NCBI GenBank assembly: GCA_031261085.1
Contig: JAISKB010000005.1
Coordinates: forward strand, 587 to 64,586
Reading direction: 5' to 3'
From: Christensenellaceae bacterium
GTDB taxonomy: Bacteria; Bacillota; Clostridia; Christensenellales; CAG-138
Length of the DNA stretch: 64,000 bases
Below the pieces are notes generated by a model. That model was not told the DNA's origin. It was given only the letters and a program-made list of their open reading frames with translations, and searched no databases. Positions within the stretch are counted from its first letter, which is position 1, and every line of letters begins with the position of its first letter. The position numbers and the translations under genes were made by a program. Of the stretch, positions 50,472 to 59,059 are shown one piece after another.

Positions 50472-51755
50472 CTACGCCTTTATTTTTACTGTAACGGTAT
50501 GGACCGACAGCACGCAACTCAGCTCGTTGGTCATGCTTTCGCTGGGCAGCTTCACCACCACCTGCGCCGTATGCTCGCCGGGCGTCATGCCCGAAACATC
50601 GATGTGCAGCTGCACATCTCCACGCTGCAGCTGGCGCATGAGGCTCACGCGCCCCACTACCGTTACGCTGCCGCTCTCCATCGAAAGCGTGGCGCTTTGC
50701 TTGCGGGGCAGGCCGATGATTTCGATGGGGACATCGGTAAACACGCGGGTTTCGGTCCTTTCGCGGATATCGGCAAATATACTCACCGTGGGGTCGTCGA
50801 GCAGGGTTACATTTTCGGGCACGATGAGCGCGAGCGTTTGCATCAGGCTCTCGCTGCGGCCGGATACATCTAATTTTTCGGTGGAAATCGTGGTGAGCCC
50901 CTCTATGGCGCTTTCGGTACCCGCCACCCGCACCGTTGCGGGCGTAGCCACTACATGCGCCAGCTCAAAGTTTTTGGCCAGCGCGTCCTCCCCCAAAACG
51001 GCGCCCTGCGCATCCACCTCCAGCACCGCGGTTTTTAATACATCCATCCGCACCACCACCGAGGGCAGCGCATCGGTAAACAGGGCCATGTTCACAGGCT
51101 CGCCCTGCGCATCCACCAGCTTAAGCGCCACCGACTCGTTGATGCCCGTTTTGCGCCCGGTCAAGTCGATGGGGCATACCGCCTTTACCACCTGGGCCAC
51201 ATCCTCTGCCGCGCCGCGCACGATTAGGTTCTGCGCGCTGAGCGTGGGCTCACCCGCCCAGTAGTTGGTTGCCGTAGTGCCGGTATATTCTACCTCTACG
51301 GGCACGGTGCGCGCGGCCATGGTAGCTACCTCTATGGTGATTTCGCTGGGGGTGATTTCGACCACGCTGCCGTTCTGCGAAACCGCGTTGATTTTAAGCT
51401 TGTAGGTATCCGGCTTGCTGATGGCGCGCAGGCTGACCGTGGCGGTGATGGTAGAAGCATCTACCGAGCCATATTTTGCCAGCTCTGTGCTTACCTGCAC
51501 GGTGGCCTTGGGCAGCACCTTGCTCTTATCGCCCCGAACCACCAGGTTTTTGGCGCGCAGGTCATCCTCGCCCACAAAGCTTATGGATACGTTGTTGACC
51601 GTTTTGGTGCGGCTGGGGTTGGTTTCGATCATCACATAAAACCACAGCAGCATCGCAAACAGCAGGGATATAATCTTTAGCACGGTGTTGACCGCAACGA
51701 ACGATTTTAGATGTGCGAGCAGGGCCGCACCCAAGCGTTTGATTTTATTTTTCAT
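50472..51755 (-). CDS. cdaR: CdaR (YbbR-domain regulator of diadenylate cyclase)
   Basis: N-terminal TM followed by repeated YbbR-like beta modules (..VSISFVGEDDL..NLVV..). ATG 51755 overlaps the cdaA end, with SD GGAGG. Confidence 0.8.
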   Translation of the reverse strand: MKNKIKRLGAALLAHLKSFVAVNTVLKIISLLFAMLLWFYVMIETNPSRTKTVNNVSISFVGEDDLRAKNLVVRGDKSKVLPKATVQVSTELAKYGSVDASTITATVSLRAISKPDTYKLKINAVSQNGSVVEITPSEITIEVATMAARTVPVEVEYTGTTATNYWAGEPTLSAQNLIVRGAAEDVAQVVKAVCPIDLTGRKTGINESVALKLVDAQGEPVNMALFTDALPSVVVRMDVLKTAVLEVDAQGAVLGEDALAKNFELAHVVATPATVRVAGTESAIEGLTTISTEKLDVSGRSESLMQTLALIVPENVTLLDDPTVSIFADIRERTETRVFTDVPIEIIGLPRKQSATLSMESGSVTVVGRVSLMRQLQRGDVQLHIDVSGMTPGEHTAQVVVKLPSESMTNELSCVLSVHTVTVKIKA

Positions 51756-52620
51756 CTTTCGGCCTCCGCTTGAACAGGTTGAACGCGCCGGACGCCCGCT
51801 CCTGCACAAATATGGATTCGAGCAGCGCACGCAGCGCCCTATCGTCGATATAGCGAATCAGCTTGCCATCGCGCGCCATAGAAACCACGCCCGTTTCCTC
51901 GGAAATCACGATGGTGATGCTGTCGGATACGGTGGATACGCCCAGCGCCGCGCGATGGCGGGTGCCCAACTCCCGCGCCACGTTTAAATCTTCGGCGAGC
52001 GGCAAAAAACATGCGGCCGCAACGATGCTGCCATCGCGTATCACCACGGCGCCATCATGCAGAGGCGTGTTGGGCTCGAATATGTTTTCGATGAGCGGCG
52101 CCGAAATACGCCCCTCGATGCGGGTGCCGGTGTTGACGAAATCGCCCAAGCCGGTGCGGCGCTCTATCACGATCAAAGCGCCCACACGGCGCCGGGACAG
52201 GCTGCTGATGGCCTGATGCATCTCGCTGACCAGATGGTGGGATTCGGCCAGCAGGTTGCCGAACATATCTTTGGAAAACATGTCGCTGCGGCCGATATGC
52301 TCCAGCGCGCGGCGTATTTCGGGCTGAAAGAGCACCACGCCCACGATGATGCCGGAGCTGAGCAGCGAATTGAGCAGCCAGCTTAAGGTGGGCAGCTGCG
52401 CCACACCGCTGACGATGGCGGCGATGAAGAGCATACCAATGCCCTTGAGCAGCTGGTATGCTCTGGTTTCTTTTGTGAGCACGATGAGCTTGTAGAGCAA
52501 GAACGCGATAATGAGGATGTCGATATAATCCGTTATCTGCGTTTGCGCCAAGCCGCCCGATATGGTTTTTACAAGTGAATCTAACAAAACCAGACCCCGC
52601 CTTTCTGCCTGCCGCCGCAC
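51745..52620 (-). CDS. cdaA: Diadenylate cyclase CdaA
   Basis: Three N-terminal TM segments (DILIIAFLLYKL..). DAC-domain motifs HDGAVVI and GTRHRAALG. The start is uncertain (GTG 52620 or TTG 52587). Confidence 0.9.
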   Translation of the reverse strand: MRRQAERRGLVLLDSLVKTISGGLAQTQITDYIDILIIAFLLYKLIVLTKETRAYQLLKGIGMLFIAAIVSGVAQLPTLSWLLNSLLSSGIIVGVVLFQPEIRRALEHIGRSDMFSKDMFGNLLAESHHLVSEMHQAISSLSRRRVGALIVIERRTGLGDFVNTGTRIEGRISAPLIENIFEPNTPLHDGAVVIRDGSIVAAACFLPLAEDLNVARELGTRHRAALGVSTVSDSITIVISEETGVVSMARDGKLIRYIDDRALRALLESIFVQERASGAFNLFKRRPKDEK

Positions 52621-52802
52621 GAACCGCGCGGCAATGGCGGCTTTGGGTGCAGTGAAACTACTTGTGTTTGCTATAACTTAATAATACTATCATACACCTT
52701 CCCGGCAGCACATGCACGCAGGAGATATCGTAATTCACAGTTTATTTACCGCAGTATCGTTTTGCGCCGTATATTTATATTTATTTCGGTTATTTTTGTT
52801 TT

Positions 52803-52943
52803 TTATTTTGTTTTTTCACTTTTTTTACGCTTTAAATTTGTTTGAAAGCGCGCAGCCGCAAACGATATGCCGGCCCATAGCATAAAGATACCCGCTCCAA
52901 ACATCACAAGCGCTACGAGGATTGTACCCAAGTCGCCCAGCAT
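52803..52943 (-). CDS. Hypothetical 46-aa single-TM peptide (below the track size cut-off)
   Basis: Hand-translated: MLGDLGTILVALVMFGAGIFMLWAGISFAAARFQTNLKRKKSEKTK. The start is 14 nt after the stop of the upstream small gene. No clear SD. Confidence 0.25.
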   Translation of the reverse strand: MLGDLGTILVALVMFGAGIFMLWAGISFAAARFQTNLKRKKSEKTK

Positions 52944-52957
52944 ATATACGATGTTCA

Positions 52958-53185
52958 CTATTTATCTTCTTCTAATTGTTGCAGGCGTGTTTCTAAATCG
53001 TGGATGCGCAGCATAAAAATTTCGAGCTCGGTGCTCTCATGGCACAGATCTTCATCGGCTAAGGAACCGCTTTCGGCCAACGCTTTTATGCACTTCGCAT
53101 TGAGCCTTTCTTGCCGCTGCGCCGCTTCGTTTTTAAGCCTTGCGATATCATCCCAGCAAAGGGGTTGCTCCTCTTGGTGGTGCAC
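52958..53185 (-). CDS. Small helical protein, possibly Spo0E-like
   Basis: GTG 53185 is preceded by GGAAGGAGAA 8 nt upstream. (M)HHQEEQPLCWDDIARLKNEAAQRQERLNAKCIKALAESGSLADEDLCHESTELEIFMLRIHDLETRLQQLEEDK. The layout helix / G.L.d.d / S.ELE is reminiscent of the Spo0E SQELD motif. The upstream 47 codons of the track ORF are AT-rich Lys-rich filler. Confidence 0.35.
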   Translation of the reverse strand: MHHQEEQPLCWDDIARLKNEAAQRQERLNAKCIKALAESGSLADEDLCHESTELEIFMLRIHDLETRLQQLEEDK

Positions 53186-53311
53186 AGATGCGTTTCTCCT
53201 TCCGTATACCGATTTGGTCTGTTTTCGCTTGCTTATATAAAATTTTAACACACAAAATGTCTTTTTTAAATAGATTCGATGGTTTTTTTTGCTTTTTTTT
53301 CGATAAAAGCG

Positions 53312-53340
53312 TTGCTTATATACCATAAAAATGGTAAAAT
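53312..53340 (+). promoter_or_regulatory. Candidate promoter of the DUF3006 gene (TTGCTT-17-TAAAAT with TG extension)
   Basis: TTGCTT 53312-53317, 17-nt spacer ending ..ATGG, TAAAAT 53335-53340. Confidence 0.4.
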
Positions 53341-53370
53341 AGACAACAATATGAGTTGATAAGGTGCGTC

Positions 53371-53571
53371 ATGTTTATTATCGATCACTTCGAGCCTGAG
53401 TGGGCTATAATGGATGACAATACCCGCATCCCCCGCGCATATCTGCCCCGCGATGCGTGCGAGGGCGATATACTGGTGCAATACGCCGCGCAGGAATACC
53501 GCGTGGATGCCGAGGCCACGCGCGCCCGCCATCAGGCGCTGCGCAGCCGCATGGAAAACCTTTTTAAGTAG
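53371..53571 (+). CDS. DUF3006-family small protein
   Basis: MFIIDHFEPEWAIMDDNTRIPRAYLPRDACEGDILV..YRVDAEATRARHQALRSRMENLF fits the DUF3006 pattern (..DRFEG..AVLE..LP..a.EGD.l). SD AAGGTG. Confidence 0.65.
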   Translation: MFIIDHFEPEWAIMDDNTRIPRAYLPRDACEGDILVQYAAQEYRVDAEATRARHQALRSRMENLFK

Positions 53572-53749
53572 GATTGAAGAAGAACGTCAGTATCAGCGTT
53601 ACCGCGCTCCCCGTGAGCAGCGCTAAAACAGCCGCGCAAATGCAGGTGGCTGTTTTCTTTTTATAAGCGCAAAACACCGCATAGGCGGCGCAATACAGCA
53701 CCGCGGCAATGATGCACGCCATATACACGGTTTCTGTAACGATACCCAT
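53564..53749 (-). CDS. Small two-TM protein encoded immediately after the Ger(x)C gene (candidate germinant-receptor D-type subunit)
   Basis: ATG 53749 lies 5 nt after the gerxC stop, with SD GGAG. MGIVTETVYMACIIAAVLYCAAYAVFCAYKKKTATCICAAVLALLTGSAVTLILTFFFNPT. Confidence 0.4.
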   Translation of the reverse strand: MGIVTETVYMACIIAAVLYCAAYAVFCAYKKKTATCICAAVLALLTGSAVTLILTFFFNPT

Positions 53750-53754
53750 AGCTT

Positions 53755-55068
53755 CTACTCCATCCGCAGTGTGATATATTTGTTGGTCAGCAGCAGGTGC
53801 ACCTCGAATTCCGCCGTCATGGCAGGATATTTTTCCTTCCACTTATAGGCTTCCCAATCCGCTGTGCCGGAAAACCACTTTACCGCCGCCTGCCCCATGC
53901 CCATCGCATCGCAATTCAGGCTTTGACAATCCTTAAAAACACGCTGCAGTTCCGCCTCCATATGCGCCTGCGCCGCTTTTTGCAGGTATCTGCTCCAATT
54001 GTCCTCCCGCTCCGGCCCGTTATCCTGCAAAATTTCACAGGTAAAGTCAAGCTCCATGCGCGCATGCGGCGCATCCCCCAATCGCGTCATCTTCACCCTG
54101 CGCCGGATGCTGTTGCAATGGATCACAACGATGTCCCCTTCGTACATAAACTTTATCCAGCCATGCGCAAATTCGCCCCTGCCCATCAGCATATACTTCG
54201 TTTGCAGCTCATCGAGCGCGCCCGCCATCGTCCAGCCGTCAAACAGCGCGGCGCCAATGGCGGTTGCCGCCATGCCGCCCTCGCGCAGCACGCCATCGGT
54301 CGTCGTGCGCGGTTTTTCCGCTTCCGCTTCTTCTTTCTTTTCCTCTTCTTGCTCCGCTTCGCCTGCCCGGCCGTTTTCCTGCGGCTCCTCGGGGGCGGGT
54401 TGGCTGCCGCCCGAGGAACCCTCCACGGTGGAAAGCCTCGCTTGATCCTCCTTCGCCAATTCCACCGCGCTGGTATCCAGGCCGCCCAGCATCATAACGG
54501 GGTCCAAAACCCCGCCCGTCACCGCCTCGTAAAGCAGGTCATAATCTATAATGGGCGTTATGCCATCCGCACTGTAGTTTTGAAACAGGTTATATTGCAG
54601 CTCGGCAAGGTCCTCCTTCCCCGAGCCGGCCATCGCCTGCAAATAATCGTGCGCGCTGGGGACGACTACGCCGACTTTAACCGACGGGCGCATATTCCAC
54701 GCATTGAACGCGAGCTTGGTGAGCTGCTCCAAGCCCTCCGCTTGCGCCAGCTCGCGCGAGAATAGAATCGAGTTGTTGCGCTCGAAGCTAAGGCGGTAGG
54801 CCACGCTTGCATGCACGGTATTCATAGCTTCAAAAATCGTATCTCCCTCGGCGCTCAATACGATTGCGGCCCCCGTGACCGCCTGTGAATGGCTGGTGTT
54901 TTCGCTCTGCAGTAAAAAAGTATACTCATACAGCATTTGGTCGCCCTTATCCAGCCCGATTGCCGCCACATACTTAAATTCTTCCAGCGATACGGCGCCC
55001 AGGCAACCCGCGCCGCCCAGCGCGAACGCCAGCAGCAGCAGGATGGCGCTACACCGTTTGATGCTCAT
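53755..55068 (-). CDS. Spore germination receptor lipoprotein, Ger(x)C family
   Basis: Lipobox LGGAGC. ..LEEFKYVAAIGLDKG.. N-terminus typical of GerxC. Third gene of an A-B-C operon. Confidence 0.8.
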   Translation of the reverse strand: MSIKRCSAILLLLAFALGGAGCLGAVSLEEFKYVAAIGLDKGDQMLYEYTFLLQSENTSHSQAVTGAAIVLSAEGDTIFEAMNTVHASVAYRLSFERNNSILFSRELAQAEGLEQLTKLAFNAWNMRPSVKVGVVVPSAHDYLQAMAGSGKEDLAELQYNLFQNYSADGITPIIDYDLLYEAVTGGVLDPVMMLGGLDTSAVELAKEDQARLSTVEGSSGGSQPAPEEPQENGRAGEAEQEEEKKEEAEAEKPRTTTDGVLREGGMAATAIGAALFDGWTMAGALDELQTKYMLMGRGEFAHGWIKFMYEGDIVVIHCNSIRRRVKMTRLGDAPHARMELDFTCEILQDNGPEREDNWSRYLQKAAQAHMEAELQRVFKDCQSLNCDAMGMGQAAVKWFSGTADWEAYKWKEKYPAMTAEFEVHLLLTNKYITLRME

Positions 55069-56167
55069 GCCGCACCTCCTTGTGCCGTATCACGCCCAAA
55101 AGCGCCGCGGCCAACGGCAATAGCAGCAGCAAGTAACAGTATCGATCCAAAAATTGCAAAACATCGTTGACGGCCGCCTCCCCGCCCATATGCTGCAGCA
55201 GCATCACACAAGCCATCAGCACCAAAACAGCCACGCTGCTCACCCGGGTGGAATGCAGCGCAAAATCGCGTTTGAGTACAGCGCCGGCCGCAAACACGAA
55301 GAACGAACCCGCCACCAGCTGCACGCCGAGCCACAGGAACAGAAACACCTTATCCATCCTAAATAAGAACCCCTCCTTGAGCAGGCTGATATCCAGGCTG
55401 TAGAAGGGATCCAGCATTTGGGCCAGCTCCTGATAGGGGAAGGTGAGCGATACGGAAAACTGCGCCGCAAACGCAAGCGCCATGGCCACCGCCGCCGCGA
55501 TAATGCCGCCGGTACGCGCAAAATGGAGCCCCTGTTGATTTTTGGTTAGGCAGAGCATGCCCAGCATCGCCGGCAGCACAACATAGGTGCGCTGCAGCGT
55601 GAACAGGCCGATTTGCGCCGGCGGGTTGCCGGGCAGCGGGTACAGCCTATAGGTTTGGTAGCTGGGCGCGGTTATCACCAAGCTGCATAAAATCGATATG
55701 ATGAACAGGCCTACCAGCAGCCGACTCAGGCGCGAAATGGTCTCCATCCCCCACAGGCACAAAACCAGCATCGTGAACAGCACCCACAGCGATATGCCAA
55801 AATGGGAGCCCGTATTGTTGAACGCATAGCTGTGCAGCATCGATACGAACTGCATGGTGGGCAGCAGCGCGCCCAAAAAAAGCAGCAGCGCCAGGATCCC
55901 CATGCATACCTTACCCAAGGGCTTGCCCGCGCCCGCATAGATAAGGTCGTTGAGCGCAGGCGCGTTCGTTTTCTTCATGCAATGCGCCGCAAGCAAAAAC
56001 GCGCCCAACGAGAGCAGCATGCTCAGCGGCATCCAAATATAGCTGGAATTGCCGGAGCCATAGAACATCTTCTTTGCGTTTACGGTGAACACCGCGTTGA
56101 TATAGAGCGCGATGCCCAACATGCTGGCGCTCTCCTGCCGGCCGATTTTCCCCTGTATGCTGCTCAT
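55049..56167 (-). CDS. Spore germination receptor permease, Ger(x)B family
   Basis: About 10 TM segments, amino-acid-permease-like. N-terminus ..GKIGRQESASMLGIALYINAVF.. Sits between the A and C genes. Confidence 0.8.
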   Translation of the reverse strand: MSSIQGKIGRQESASMLGIALYINAVFTVNAKKMFYGSGNSSYIWMPLSMLLSLGAFLLAAHCMKKTNAPALNDLIYAGAGKPLGKVCMGILALLLFLGALLPTMQFVSMLHSYAFNNTGSHFGISLWVLFTMLVLCLWGMETISRLSRLLVGLFIISILCSLVITAPSYQTYRLYPLPGNPPAQIGLFTLQRTYVVLPAMLGMLCLTKNQQGLHFARTGGIIAAAVAMALAFAAQFSVSLTFPYQELAQMLDPFYSLDISLLKEGFLFRMDKVFLFLWLGVQLVAGSFFVFAAGAVLKRDFALHSTRVSSVAVLVLMACVMLLQHMGGEAAVNDVLQFLDRYCYLLLLLPLAAALLGVIRHKEVRHEHQTV

Positions 56168-56171
56168 GCCA

Positions 56172-57788
56172 TCATGCGCCCCTCTCCTGCGTGTTTGCAA
56201 TATCCGGCGCCCGGCCCTGCATCGTCACCGCTCCCCTGAATATGGGCGGCTGTTTGGAAAACACCTTGGGCGCTACCGGCGCCAAAAACGGCACGCCGTA
56301 GCTTTTGAGCTGCACCATGTAGCCCAATATCAATACCACAAAGCATATGACGCCCAGCAGCCCCGCCAGCCACGCGGCCAGCACAATGCCCAGGCGCAGG
56401 TAGGACGCGCTGATTTGCATGGAAAAATCGGGTATGCAAAAATTGCCCAGCCCGGCAAACGCCACCACGATGAGTATGACCGAGCTGGCGAGGTTTGCCG
56501 CCACCGCCGCCTGCCCCAATATCAAGCCGCCTATGATGCCTATCGCCTGCCCAAAGTTGCCGGGCACCCGCAGGCCCGCCTCGCGGATAAGCTGGAATAC
56601 CGCCATGAGGAATATCATCTCCACGGCGATGGGCAAAAATACCATCTCCCGCGAGGATATGATCGTACTCACCACCTCGGTGGATAGCAGCCCGGGATGG
56701 AACAGTGTGAGCGCAAGAAAATAACCGGGCAGCAATATGGAAAGCAGCGCACCTATGTAGCGTATCACGCGCACCACATTGCCCTCGGGCTGGCGCAGGT
56801 AGGCATCCTCGGAGCTGCTCATAAGCGACCACAGCGTGGTGGGCATGATGCTGGCAAAGGGGTTGCCTTCAATCAGCACCGCCACATAGCCTTGCATAAG
56901 GAACGCCGCCGTCCTATCCGGCCGCTCGGTAGAAAGCACCTGCGGGAAGGGCGCGCGCCGGCGGCTTTCGGTCAACTGCTCCAGCATGCCCGCATTGAGC
57001 AGCACGCGGGTGTTCACGCCCCCCAACCGCCGCTTCACCTCCTCTACCAAGGTGATATTGGCCGTGCCTTCCAAATATACGATGCACAGCTTTAGGTTGT
57101 TCTCCCCGCCCGCATCCCGCTGCTCGCACACCAGGTCCTCCCGGCGGATAAGCCGCCGCAGCAGCGTGATGTTGGTGCGCATGTTTTCGTTAAAGCCCTC
57201 CTGCGGGCCGCGCACCACCTTTTCGTTTTGCGCGGTGCCTATGCTGCGATGCTCATAGCCCCGCGTATCCGCCAAGATGGCCGCATCCTCCCCCTCGATG
57301 AATATGGCGGTGCTGCCATCGAGCATGGCCGCTTTGATGAGGTTCCAATCGGTTTCCATCTGCATTTCGTTCATGGTGAATATGCGCTTGATCACAAATT
57401 CGCACAGCGGTGCGGTGGCCGCGTCCAGGCAGCCGTCCCGCATGGATTCGCGCAGTATAAAATCGTTTATCGTATCCTTATCCACCATGCCGTTTATAAA
57501 CGCGAGCATCGCCGGCACGGTTTTGCCCTTTGCGCCGCCCATCATAAAACCGCGGACGGTCAGGTCCGAATTGATGTCCGCGCGAAAATCCCGCTTGAGC
57601 TGCTCCATGCTCTCCTTGAGCGATGCGGTTATGTTGCAGGGCGGCGGCGTTTTCTTTTTGGCAGTGGGCCTGTCATGGGTTTGGGAAGCGAAGAACGGCG
57701 GGCTGCCTTCCTCCGTTTCCAGCAATTCGAACTCGCTCTTTTTATCATCAAACGCGAGCAACCGCGCAATGCGCGCCAAAATTTTCAT
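56172..57788 (-). CDS. Spore germination receptor subunit, Ger(x)A family
   Basis: ..DLTVRGFMMGG.., ..AAILADTRGYEHRSIGTAQNEKVVRGPQEGFNE.. and a C-terminal polytopic membrane domain, typical of the GerA family. Confidence 0.85.
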   Translation of the reverse strand: MKILARIARLLAFDDKKSEFELLETEEGSPPFFASQTHDRPTAKKKTPPPCNITASLKESMEQLKRDFRADINSDLTVRGFMMGGAKGKTVPAMLAFINGMVDKDTINDFILRESMRDGCLDAATAPLCEFVIKRIFTMNEMQMETDWNLIKAAMLDGSTAIFIEGEDAAILADTRGYEHRSIGTAQNEKVVRGPQEGFNENMRTNITLLRRLIRREDLVCEQRDAGGENNLKLCIVYLEGTANITLVEEVKRRLGGVNTRVLLNAGMLEQLTESRRRAPFPQVLSTERPDRTAAFLMQGYVAVLIEGNPFASIMPTTLWSLMSSSEDAYLRQPEGNVVRVIRYIGALLSILLPGYFLALTLFHPGLLSTEVVSTIISSREMVFLPIAVEMIFLMAVFQLIREAGLRVPGNFGQAIGIIGGLILGQAAVAANLASSVILIVVAFAGLGNFCIPDFSMQISASYLRLGIVLAAWLAGLLGVICFVVLILGYMVQLKSYGVPFLAPVAPKVFSKQPPIFRGAVTMQGRAPDIANTQERGA

Positions 57789-57915
57789 ATTTTGCCCCCA
57801 ATCCAAGATGTCAAAAGCAGTATGCGCCAAACGGCGGGTTGCTATGCATGCGGCGCGCAAAAGGCGCGCCCGGGGGCGCGCCTTCGTATGCCAAAAAGTG
57901 GGTTTGGGGCGGATG

Positions 57916-59055
57916 TTATTTTCTGCCGGCGCGGAATGCTTCTTGTACGCAAGCCTGATGGCGCGGGCAGGCCTTGCTGGTTTCGTGCACCTTGGAATTG
58001 AGCAGGTGTATGCAAAAATGCCCGTCGAAGTTGTTGCTCGGCGTGGGGTCGGCCATATGGGGCATGGAATGCATGCTCGCCGCCACCGTTTTGCCGTTAT
58101 AGGTTACCCAAATCGGCCTGCGGTTCCAGGACCAGTTGCCGCCCGCCGCCCGCTTGATAACGGCGGAATCCGCCGCGGTAATGGGCTCGCAGTCGGCATG
58201 ATACCAGCCGCCAAAGCGGCGCGCGCGGAAACTTACGCCAGTGCGCACATCGGTAACGGTAAACTTGGCGCCCTTGTTCAGCCATTCGTTGCCGCCCTTA
58301 AACCAATCGAGCATCACGACCGTGCCCTTGAGCTGGGTGAAGGTGGCGTTTTCTTTTTTGAGCTTGTTGCCGCTATCGTAAATGGAGTTGAGCGTTTCGG
58401 CGCCGGCCACGCCATCCGCACTGCCCAGGCCCGCCGCTTTTTGATATTCGAGCACCGCCTTGCGCGTCGTGCTCGAAAAGCTGCCGGTCAGGTTATCCTT
58501 GCCCAAAAAGCCGCGCCGGTACAGTTCTTTTTGCAGCTTTTCGACCTCCTCGCCCGCCATGCCCTGCTTGAGCATGCTGGCCGATGCCATAGAGGCCGTC
58601 GTCATGGTTAAATGCGTGCGGTATACATACCCCGTTTGATCGTTGGCGGTTACAAAATACCACTCGCCCACAATGCTTTTTACCCGCACGCCCTGCCCCG
58701 CCGAAAGCAACGCCACCACATAGGTGTTTTCATCGGGGCCGCCGCGCAGGGCCGTGCCGTCATCGAGCACATACCCGCCCCGGCTGCCCGCGCTGGGCGC
58801 AAAAATATAATCCTGCCGCACATACCCCACCGTACCGTCGGCGAGCATAATGCGGTACCAGGCGCCCTCCTCGGCCAGCACCTCGGCCTCGGAGCCGAGC
58901 GCCAGCGCGCGCAAAGCGTTGGAATCGGTGCTGGCATGCTCGCGCATATTCACACCCTCCGCCGTGATGCGGCCGGTTTCGGCGTGCGCGTAGCCGCCAA
59001 CCGCCAGCGTAACGAACATCAGTATAAAGATAACGGCGCGTTTGAATACCTGCAT
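57916..59055 (-). CDS. Secreted protein with two SH3b-like domains, a PG_binding_1 domain and an unassigned ~170-aa C-terminal domain
   Basis: Signal peptide MQVFKRAVIFILMFVTLAVGGYAHA. Two SH3b-like modules (..GVNMREHASTDSNAL..GAWYRIML.DGTVGYV.. and a second one). PG-binding motif EEVEKLQKELYRRGFLG..GSFSSTTRKAVLEYQKAAGL..DGVAG. ATG 59055 has SD GAGGT. Confidence 0.7.
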   Translation of the reverse strand: MQVFKRAVIFILMFVTLAVGGYAHAETGRITAEGVNMREHASTDSNALRALALGSEAEVLAEEGAWYRIMLADGTVGYVRQDYIFAPSAGSRGGYVLDDGTALRGGPDENTYVVALLSAGQGVRVKSIVGEWYFVTANDQTGYVYRTHLTMTTASMASASMLKQGMAGEEVEKLQKELYRRGFLGKDNLTGSFSSTTRKAVLEYQKAAGLGSADGVAGAETLNSIYDSGNKLKKENATFTQLKGTVVMLDWFKGGNEWLNKGAKFTVTDVRTGVSFRARRFGGWYHADCEPITAADSAVIKRAAGGNWSWNRRPIWVTYNGKTVAASMHSMPHMADPTPSNNFDGHFCIHLLNSKVHETSKACPRHQACVQEAFRAGRK

Positions 59056-59059
59056 AGCT

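Noticed and set aside
57277-58611. 444-aa plus-strand ORF
   Set aside because: Antisense to gerxA and the SH3/PG-binding protein gene, crossing their intergenic region.
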